A stretch of DNA of 12,317 nt from contig JAHPZI010000025.1 of NCBI GenBank assembly GCA_019058295.1, positions 1-12,317 of the forward strand, written 5' to 3'. This DNA is from Promethearchaeota archaeon (GTDB taxonomy: Archaea > Asgardarchaeota > Lokiarchaeia > Sigyniarchaeales > SOKP01). The notes under the pieces were generated by a model. That model did not search any database. It was not told where the DNA came from and saw only the letters and a program-made list of their open reading frames with translations. Below are positions 1-7,379 of the stretch, one piece after another; position 1 is the first letter of the stretch, and each line of letters begins with the position of its first letter. Made by a program: the position numbers and the translations under genes.

Positions 1-611
1 ATAATCCATCCAGTTGAATTCGTGAAAACACCATCCGAACAATTAATTTGAAATTGATAATATCCCCAAGGTAATGTGGTATTATAATAATAAAGAATTC
101 CATCTGTCGCATTGAAATCCGAAGGATCTGCTTTTTCCATTAAAAAAGTACCAGTAGCGTTTATTGTAATATTTACTATTAGAGGTAAGTTATTATCAGC
201 ATCGTAATACCATATAGTATAATTAAAGAGAGTGCTATTACTCCCAATAATGGGATTAAGATCAGCGCTCTGAAGTTCTGGATAAAAATTATTATCCAAA
301 TTAACTTCTAAATCGTTATACAAAGCTGTAGACACAGCAAAATCGCTATCATTAGCTGTAAATAAATAGGTGTAATTAAAAGGATCTGGAGCTAAATAAG
401 TTATATATTGATATATGCATCCATCTGTATAGTTATCATCCGAAATATCTCGTTTCTGCATTTCATAAGAAGTACTATTAATAGTTACATTCATATAAAT
501 CGGATCATTATTATCCAGATCTGTATAAATAACAGTAAAATTAAATTGAGTCAATTGATTCCCTATTTTAGGAATCACTTTTTCTTGTGTTAGGGTAGGT
601 TGATTATCATT
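1..611 (-). repeat. Two ~100-aa Ig/cadherin-like repeats (second repeat type; array may continue beyond the window)
   Basis: Copy A: NDNQPTL..P.IG....FNFTVIYTDLDNNDP..MNVTIN...YEM.K.D.SD.NYTDG.IYQY...L. Copy B: NNFYPEL..P.IG....FNYTIWYYDADNNLP..VNITIN...FLMEKADPSDFNATDGILYYY...L. Confidence 0.8.
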
Positions 612-3353
612 AATAATATTAGTTGAAAAATAAACAATTTCAGATTTAAACCATATACCAGTTGAAGTATTAGCGAATACTTGAACTGTATGAGAGCCAT
701 CTGTAGGGATTGCCATTACTGCCACGTTATTCGACATTGTTTTGTTATTCTGCCCGTCTAATGAGTAACATAAATAATTGGGTGTAAATATTGTTGTAGT
801 GTTTAATAAAATTCCTTTTTCTAAATTATCTCCAACATTATAATTTGGATCCCATGAATCACCAAAAGCATCAACATAAGATACAATGTTAGTTACAGAT
901 GTTTCTGTGGAAAAAATCATACGATAAAATTGATCTTCATCATTAACGAACGTATACGGTCCATATTGTGTTCCATCTATTTCCAACTGCCATCTATATT
1001 GCGCTAATCCTTGATATCCCGATCCTGAACATTCTAAATCTAAACGTATATGATACCACGTATTATCTAACGCCACTTTTCCAACATCGTTCCAGGTTCC
1101 GTTATAATACTGGAATTTGTCTTGGTCAATTGCTAACATGAATATATATTTTAATAAACCATATCCGTTCATGAATCGAAATGCGGTGTGTTTTGTAGCA
1201 TCAACTGTCCTTAGATAAAACTCAACAGTACCATTAGTTTGAGGAGTAAAAGATGTATTTAACCAGACACCATTCGTACTCTGATCATCTAACTTGACTA
1301 CTTTTTTATGCCCTCCCATTTCATCTATCACAATTGCTTCGCACCCTCCTGCTGAAAGATCATCCCAACCTCTCGGACCATCTCCATCCGCATCATTCTC
1401 AAATCCATAGGTTGCAGGATAATACCCGCTTATCGGCTGATAATACGTTTTGTTTTCAGGAGTTATCACATTTAATGGAGAAACTGTGAAAGATCTCACT
1501 TCAGATTGATATATCGTACCAAGCGAATCGTTGCCAAAGACTTGTATTGTATGAGATCCGCCTGCTGGCATAGGAATTGTTACGTTTCCCAAAATTGTCC
1601 TATTAACTTGTCCATCCAAGGAATAACCCATCCAATCAAGAGTAGTACCATTATTAAAACTGAGCAGCAATCCTTCTTCTTTATTATCTCCAACAATGTA
1701 GTTTGGATCCCATGAATACCCAATTGCATCTAAATAACAGCTTGGAGTTCCTAATCCTGTGGTGTAATAGGAAATTTTGTCAATCCCTAATACATTCGAG
1801 GCAAAATTATAGTCTCCGTATGGAGTTCCATTGATCTCAATTTGCCAATCATACTGTGCTAATCCTTGATATCCCCCAGTAGTACATTCAAAATCTAGAA
1901 CCACGTGATACCATTTATTGGCGGAGGCTACTAATCCAATATCATGCCAACTTCCATCATGATATTGAAAATCATCGCTACTAATTCTAAATCTCAATAT
2001 CTGAGTTGATGAATTCTCTAATGCAAATACAAAAGCGTCATAAGCATTATCAGTTCTCCACCACCATTCAATAGTTCCTGATGATTCTGAAAGAGACTGA
2101 TACATTTCTATAGATGTTCCAGCATTACTATCATCAAACTCGACTATTTTTGAATGACCATCTAATTCATTAATAATATCGATGGTGCCTGCTGTTTCAT
2201 CTACAGCCCAACCATCAGGATCAGCACCAATTTTATCATTATCAAAACTATATGTACCAGGATAATACCCGCTCATCAGTTGCGTATACGTTTTGTTTTC
2301 AGGAGTTCTCAAATTTATTGTAGAAACAGTGAAATATCTTACATAAGATTGATACATCGTTCCAAGCGAATTGTTGCCAAAGACTTGAATTTTATGAGGT
2401 CCGTCTGCTGGTATAGGAATTGTTGCGTTCCCTAAGATTGTCCTATTAGCTTGCCCGTCCATCGAATAGCCCATCCAAACAGGGATGATGCCCTTATTAA
2501 AGCTGAGCAGTAAACCTTCTTCTTTGTTATCTCCAATATTATAATTTGGATCCCAAGAATACCCAATAGCATCAAAATAAATATAATGATTAAGATCATT
2601 GAGTTCTGATCTGAGTCTTAATGTATCAACAGTGTCTTCATTATTATAATTAAAAAAGTCGTAATCCCCATAAAGTGTCTGATCTATATAGACATGCCAT
2701 GTATATTGAGAAAGCCCTTGATACCCACCGGCTGCTCTGCACTCATAATCGATTCTGAGATGATACCACGTATTACTAGTAATAGATCTAATATTCTGAT
2801 AAGATGAACCATTAACAGCCTGAATATAATTATTTGTTATTCTAATCCTTAAAACCTCAGTAGCTCCGTTTCTCATCATAATATATGAATCTTTTATGGG
2901 ATCTGAATACAGAGCCCATAATTCAACTGTCCCGTATGTCTGAGCTGTAAAGATATTATCTGCTCTAGCAGAATAAGATGAGGACCCATCATACAATTGC
3001 AACACCTTGTTGTGCCCAGCTTGTGAGGCAATCACTTTCGTTTCACACCCAGATTGATCCAAATCGATCCAACCATCTGGGAATGAATCATCATCATCGT
3101 TTTCAAATCCATATATCGCTGGATAATACCCGCTCATCGGTTTATAATAAGTTTTATTTTCAGGAGTTGTAATATTGATCTGTGCGCCGCTCGTTTTTGG
3201 CAATTTAAATAAATCTGTATTATTTTCATCGAACTCAACTCCATTAGAGTTAGGATCAATTTGAGTTTTTGAACTAAAGATAATAGCTGCTAAAAATAAC
3301 CCTATGAGTACGGAAAATAAGAAAAATTCTCGTTTTCTAATGGGTTTTTTCAT
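1..3353 (-). CDS. Large secreted/cell-surface repeat glycoprotein (putative adhesin): signal/anchor peptide, 3x [Ig-like + LamG/ConA-like lectin] units, >=2 cadherin-like Ig repeats; 3' end outside window
   Basis: Manual translation from ATG at 3353 gives an uninterrupted frame of 1117 codons to the window edge. It is probably absent from the ORF track because no stop codon is in the window. The N-terminus MKKPIRKREFFLFSVLIGLFLAAIIFSS has a basic n-region plus hydrophobic h-region. Repeated motifs: TPENKTY..SGYYP, N(T/K)WYH, GYQGL(S/A)QY.W, DA(I/F)G.SWDPNY, YS(L/M)DGQ.N.T, H.(I/V)QVF(G/A)N. Many N-x-S/T sequons. Confidence 0.93.
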   Translation of the reverse strand, partial: MKKPIRKREFFLFSVLIGLFLAAIIFSSKTQIDPNSNGVEFDENNTDLFKLPKTSGAQINITTPENKTYYKPMSGYYPAIYGFENDDDDSFPDGWIDLDQSGCETKVIASQAGHNKVLQLYDGSSSYSARADNIFTAQTYGTVELWALYSDPIKDSYIMMRNGATEVLRIRITNNYIQAVNGSSYQNIRSITSNTWYHLRIDYECRAAGGYQGLSQYTWHVYIDQTLYGDYDFFNYNNEDTVDTLRLRSELNDLNHYIYFDAIGYSWDPNYNIGDNKEEGLLLSFNKGIIPVWMGYSMDGQANRTILGNATIPIPADGPHKIQVFGNNSLGTMYQSYVRYFTVSTINLRTPENKTYTQLMSGYYPGTYSFDNDKIGADPDGWAVDETAGTIDIINELDGHSKIVEFDDSNAGTSIEMYQSLSESSGTIEWWWRTDNAYDAFVFALENSSTQILRFRISSDDFQYHDGSWHDIGLVASANKWYHVVLDFECTTGGYQGLAQYDWQIEINGTPYGDYNFASNVLGIDKISYYTTGLGTPSCYLDAIGYSWDPNYIVGDNKEEGLLLSFNNGTTLDWMGYSLDGQVNRTILGNVTIPMPAGGSHTIQVFGNDSLGTIYQSEVRSFTVSPLNVITPENKTYYQPISGYYPATYGFENDADGDGPRGWDDLSAGGCEAIVIDEMGGHKKVVKLDDQSTNGVWLNTSFTPQTNGTVEFYLRTVDATKHTAFRFMNGYGLLKYIFMLAIDQDKFQYYNGTWNDVGKVALDNTWYHIRLDLECSGSGYQGLAQYRWQLEIDGTQYGPYTFVNDEDQFYRMIFSTETSVTNIVSYVDAFGDSWDPNYNVGDNLEKGILLNTTTIFTPNYLCYSLDGQNNKTMSNNVAVMAIPTDGSHTVQVFANTSTGIWFKSEIVYFSTNIINDNQPTLTQEKVIPKIGNQLTQFNFTVIYTDLDNNDPIYMNVTINSTSYEMQKRDISDDNYTDGCIYQYITYLAPDPFNYTYLFTANDSDFAVSTALYNDLEVNLDNNFYPELQSADLNPIIGSNSTLFNYTIWYYDADNNLPLIVNITINATGTFLMEKADPSDFNATDGILYYYNTTLPWGYYQFQINCSDGVFTNSTGWI
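621..1475 (-). repeat. Intragenic unit 3 (285 aa) of Ig+lectin repeat; more diverged Ig half
   Basis: Runs LNVITPENKTYYQPISGYYPATYGFEND ... WFKSEIVYFST. Confidence 0.86.
1476..2318 (-). repeat. Intragenic unit 2 (281 aa) of Ig+lectin repeat
   Basis: Runs INLRTPENKTYTQLMSGYYPGTYSFDND ... IYQSEVRSFTVSP. Confidence 0.88.
2319..3179 (-). repeat. Intragenic unit 1 (287 aa) of Ig+lectin repeat
   Basis: Runs INITTPENKTYYKPMSGYYPAIYGFEND ... MYQSYVRYFTVST. Confidence 0.88.
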
Positions 3354-3829
3354 TATATTATCACATTTTCTTGAATTATAATGCTAAAATTCACTAAAAA
3401 CATAAAAAATATTAATAAATTGAATTTTCTCCTTTATACTTTTGACTATTAATAATATTTACTTTAATATATAATATTTATGAAAGTTGAATATAAATAA
3501 CCATAAGGACGGATTTTTGACTATCTTCTCTTTAAAAATAAAACAAAAAACTCTTCTAAAATTTAAACAATACTTCTCTTGTTTAAAAGTAATTAATGAA
3601 TTGAATTTTAAAATAATCTAATAAGAAATAAAATCAATTTAATTAACGAATATAGAAAAATCTAATAATAAAATTTTTGCGAACATCTTTCAGATACAAA
3701 ACTTATCAACAGAAGATGATCCAGGCATTCGCACTACTATATTCTTTAAATAATGGTCGCTTAAGCTTAAATGTATATTGGGATGTTTCACATGTTTTAA
3801 AAGATAAATTAATCCGATTATTTAAATAA

Positions 3830-4189
3830 TTACATCGTCATTCTGATATGAGGACTGGGTGTTAAAATTAAGTATTGATCGCCTATTCGACCGATAGAGC
3901 CGCCACGTTCATTTAAGAAAGATTTAATTTCATTTATACCATTTTTTAGCTCTTGAATGGGAATTGTGTCGTTATTAAGAAGTTCTCTCGCATTAATTAT
4001 TAAGATTGATTTGCCGGTAAGTTGTTGTTTTATGTCATTTACTTGCTCAATTGATTTAAAATTATATTTCTTTATTAAGAAATTTTGAATCATAGGGAGA
4101 ACGTAATTCCTTTCTTTTGTGAAACCAAGCGTTTCGTGAGGGGAACCATCCCCTAAAATATCATCAAATTCTTTTTTCCAAAATTTCAA
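3830..4189 (-). CDS. sepF: Cell division protein SepF (archaeal type, FtsZ membrane anchor)
   Basis: C-terminal ~85 aa follow the SepF core pattern: IKKYNFKSIEQVNDIKQQL-GKSILIINARELL...ELKNGINEIKSFLNERGGSIGRIGDQYLILTP (cf. G-D-I-x-x-(I/L)-G-x-x-x-I-x-T-P). Short aromatic/basic N-terminus MKFWKK fits a membrane-targeting helix. TTG start preceded by GGTG. Confidence 0.78.
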   Translation of the reverse strand: MKFWKKEFDDILGDGSPHETLGFTKERNYVLPMIQNFLIKKYNFKSIEQVNDIKQQLTGKSILIINARELLNNDTIPIQELKNGINEIKSFLNERGGSIGRIGDQYLILTPSPHIRMTM

Positions 4190-4485
4190 TATTCACACAC
4201 CATAACCTTTATTTTAAATTTTATTAATTACAAGGATAATTTAATTTTCAGAGTACTTAAATAAGAAAGTTATCTAGATGTGTTCTGTAAAGATACACAT
4301 ATGTGATGTAGGAGATAATAAGAATAATATTGAGATCTTATCAAAAATTTAATCTTTTTATATAAATTGATGTATTCCTCAAATATTTTAAAAAATATAA
4401 CATCTAAATAATACACTAAAACCTTATCTAATCTGTAAAAATTATTTAATTAAAATTATAAATTCAAAAATAAATAAATAAAATT

Positions 4486-5022
4486 ATGGAAAACGAATCA
4501 AAAAATTATTTAGAATTTATTAAATCGAGAAGAAGTATTAGAAATTTTATTCATAGGAAAATTCAGCGAGATACAATCTTACAAATCTTAGAATGTGGAC
4601 AATTCAGCCCCTCAGGAAAAAACAATCAACCGTGGCGCGTTAATATCGTAATTCATCCCACAGTTAAACGAATGCTTGGAGATCTCACCACGAGTGGTAA
4701 TATAATAGAAAGCGCCTACCTTAATTTTGTTATATTTTTAGATTTAGAAAAAGTATACGATAGAGTAAAGGATATTCAAAGTATAGGAGCATTTATGGAA
4801 AATATTCTCTTAGGCATTCACGCTATGAACTTAGGCGGAGTATGGATTGGTGAAATCTTAAAAAACAAAGACCAAGTTAATGAAATATTTAAATTAAGTA
4901 CTGCTAAATATGAACTCATGGGAGTCATCGCTGTTGGAGAAATTGATAAAGAAATCATAAAATTGAAAGGAGAATCACCGAGAAAAAGAAGGCCATTAGA
5001 TGATTTTATCGATTGGTATTAA
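4486..5022 (+). CDS. Nitroreductase family FMN-dependent oxidoreductase
   Basis: Motifs IKSRRSIRNF, SPSGKNNQPW, GAFMENILLGIHAMNLGGVWIG, and C-terminal RKRRPL. Confidence 0.93.
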   Translation: MENESKNYLEFIKSRRSIRNFIHRKIQRDTILQILECGQFSPSGKNNQPWRVNIVIHPTVKRMLGDLTTSGNIIESAYLNFVIFLDLEKVYDRVKDIQSIGAFMENILLGIHAMNLGGVWIGEILKNKDQVNEIFKLSTAKYELMGVIAVGEIDKEIIKLKGESPRKRRPLDDFIDWY

Positions 5023-5119
5023 AAAAATAACTTAACTTAATTGGAATCATTATTCTAAGAACTTAAGGCAAATATAAATATACTGTAAATAAAAGTTTTA
5101 TTTAATTATATCAATTCCT

Positions 5120-5761
5120 TTAATTCTTCCAAAAATGAATTATTGGGGAAAAAATTCCGCCTAACCAATAGAATAAATCAACCCAATATAGATAAGTTAG
5201 AGCTAAATATAAAAAAGCATAAAAAACTCCAAAAAGGAACCCACACAGTACATCAGTCGGATAATGAACACCTAAAATCAATCGAGTTATTGCCACAACT
5301 ACATCCAGTAAAATGAAAATTAATAAAATTATCCAATTTTGGAAATAAAATGCAAAAATTATCCCAAAAAACAATAAGAACGCTACATGCCCAGAGGGGA
5401 ATGATTTATCTTCTCTAATTAACTCATCATGCTGTTTGACTCCTTCATCTTGTAGCTTTATATAAGGTCGATATCTCTTTACAATTTTATATCGAATGAT
5501 AATATGAAGTATTACGCTTTGAATAAATCCGCCAGTAAATAAAACAAGAAGATAATAATCTTTAGTAATATAACCATAAATAGTCCAAATAAGCCATATG
5601 AGACCCCAGAATTCTCCTGCGGCGATGAATGAGACAATTTTAGCAACTAATTTAATCTTTTTTCCCTGAAATCTTTTTTCCCTGTACAACTTCAAAAATG
5701 TTTTGTGATCCCATTCGTTTATTCTTTGAATTATACCCTTTGAAGAAGTTTTTTCTGACAC
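5120..5761 (-). CDS. PAP2-family membrane phosphatase (polyprenyl-pyrophosphate/lipid phosphate phosphatase-like)
   Basis: C1-like ...VKRYRP, C2 SFPSGH, C3 TRLILGVHYPTDV; several hydrophobic TM segments; GTG start. Confidence 0.92.
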   Translation of the reverse strand: MSEKTSSKGIIQRINEWDHKTFLKLYREKRFQGKKIKLVAKIVSFIAAGEFWGLIWLIWTIYGYITKDYYLLVLFTGGFIQSVILHIIIRYKIVKRYRPYIKLQDEGVKQHDELIREDKSFPSGHVAFLLFFGIIFAFYFQNWIILLIFILLDVVVAITRLILGVHYPTDVLCGFLFGVFYAFLYLALTYLYWVDLFYWLGGIFSPIIHFWKN

Positions 5762-6020
5762 TGCTAATCGATTTTATCTATGCTTGTTCTTGAACTTTGA
5801 ATAAATATTAAGTTAGATATTTATACTTTTTCCTAACTATAATCATTTTACTACATTTAATCATTTGATTATTGGTTTAATTTAAAAGATATTTTGCATA
5901 ATAAGATGATTGAATACAAATAAGTCAATTAGTTATAGAGTATTACAATAACAGTTATTTTTAATCTAACATTTAAAAATCCTAAACAAAATCATTTAAA
6001 TTAATAAAAAATAGTAAAAG

Positions 6021-7376
6021 GTGTTTTTTTTGGTAGAACCAGTAAGCATGTATGAAAAATACTATAAGGATCCAAAACGCGAGCCAGTCTTAATTGATTA
6101 TGTAAGAACGCCTATGGGAAAAAAGCGAGGAACAGTCGGTCGCCATAGGGGAGATGATTTAATAATTTATTGTTATGAAACTCTTCTTAAACGTAATGAA
6201 TTTGATCATAAACTTTTAGGAGATTCTGTTGTTGCGTGTTGCAGTCAAATTGGAGAGTGCGCCTTAGATATAGGTAGGAATGCCGCATTAGGCGCTCACT
6301 TACCGCAAAGCGTTCCAGGCATGTCAGTTAATCGACATTGCGCGAGTGGAGCTCAAGCTGTACTTACAGCATGGCAAATGATTGCTTCAGGGATTCATGA
6401 TGCCGTTATTTGTGGTGGAATTGAAGTCCAAAATCGTTATCCAATTCAAAGCGATACTTATGTCTTTGATAATGAACTCGGTAAACCCATTATGGTACCA
6501 CCTAATAAAAAGATTTTAACGAATCCTGAAGTTGCGGCCAAATTGAAAGAATATAACACGAATATATCAGGTCAAATTAATGCTGCTCATCAAATTGGTA
6601 TACAATGGCAAAAGAAAACCGGGCAAACACGGGATGAATATCGCATAGAAATGGACGAATTATCTTTGCATTCTCATAAAAAAGCTTGCTCTCATTGGGA
6701 TGAGCGTGGGACAGAAATCGAGCCAATTTGGTGTCCTAAACTCGACGAAAACGGAAAACCTCTCCTAGATGAGAATAATAATGTAGCTCAAGATGAAAGC
6801 CTTTCTGTTTTAACCACTCGTGACGAAGGACCTCGTCCTAATACCTCCATGGAAGTATTAAGTAAATTAAAGACTATAACAGGGCGTAAGAAAGTAGCAT
6901 TTCTCACAGCTGGAAACAGCTGTCCCACAACTGATGGTGCAGCAGCACAAATATGGATGACTCGGCAGCTTGCTGAAGAATTAGGATTAAAACCTAGAGC
7001 TACTATTGTCAATTTTGCTTCCGTTGGAACGGATATCGTTTTGATGTTAACAGGACCTATTAAGGCAATGCCTGAGGCGTTAAAGCGAGCAAATATGACA
7101 TTCGATGATATGTCTTTTATCGAAATAAACGAAGCTTTTAGCCCCGTGGTCCACGCTTGTTGCTATGATTTAGGTTTAGATTGGAACGATCCTAGATTTA
7201 ATCCATGGGGTGGAGCAATAGCTCTTGGACATCCTACGGGAATGACAGGTTGTAGATTAATTGGATCAAATCTACATCAATTAGAAAAGTCTGGAAAAGA
7301 ATACGCTATTTCTTCAATGTGTGTTGGTTTTGGAATGTCAGTTGCTACAATTATTCGAAATGAGAATCCAAAGTAA
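6021..7376 (+). CDS. Thiolase family protein (acetyl-CoA C-acyltransferase); true start probably TTG at 6030 or ATG at 6048
   Basis: VRTPMG, catalytic NRHCASG, TAGNSCPTTDGAAA, EINEAF, GGAIALGHPTG, SMCVGFGM. AGGTG at 6019-6023 looks like a Shine-Dalgarno for TTG 6030. Confidence 0.95.
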   Translation: MFFLVEPVSMYEKYYKDPKREPVLIDYVRTPMGKKRGTVGRHRGDDLIIYCYETLLKRNEFDHKLLGDSVVACCSQIGECALDIGRNAALGAHLPQSVPGMSVNRHCASGAQAVLTAWQMIASGIHDAVICGGIEVQNRYPIQSDTYVFDNELGKPIMVPPNKKILTNPEVAAKLKEYNTNISGQINAAHQIGIQWQKKTGQTRDEYRIEMDELSLHSHKKACSHWDERGTEIEPIWCPKLDENGKPLLDENNNVAQDESLSVLTTRDEGPRPNTSMEVLSKLKTITGRKKVAFLTAGNSCPTTDGAAAQIWMTRQLAEELGLKPRATIVNFASVGTDIVLMLTGPIKAMPEALKRANMTFDDMSFIEINEAFSPVVHACCYDLGLDWNDPRFNPWGGAIALGHPTGMTGCRLIGSNLHQLEKSGKEYAISSMCVGFGMSVATIIRNENPK

Positions 7377-7379
7377 AAT

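Noticed and set aside
408-593. 61-aa + strand ORF from the track
   Set aside because: Antisense shadow inside the large minus-strand surface protein gene; no recognisable motifs
1506-1715. 69-aa + strand ORF from the track
   Set aside because: Antisense to repeat unit 2 of the surface protein gene
2978-3172. 64-aa His-rich + strand ORF from the track
   Set aside because: Antisense to repeat unit 1; the His run mirrors the GAT repeats (Asp codons) on the coding strand
621-3179. Diversity-generating retroelement template/variable repeat pair
   Set aside because: Repeat differences are mostly synonymous-position changes of all base types rather than adenine-specific, both copies are in-frame coding, and no reverse transcriptase is present
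3678-3733. Possible Lokiarchaeal/eukaryote-like SECIS (opposed TGA/GA motifs)
   Set aside because: Only ~12 nt lie between the putative core strands, too short for SECIS helix II. No gene called here ends in TGA or has an evident in-frame TGA; the adhesin's 3' end is not visible.
6788-7012. 74-aa - strand ORF
   Set aside because: Entirely antisense within the well-supported thiolase
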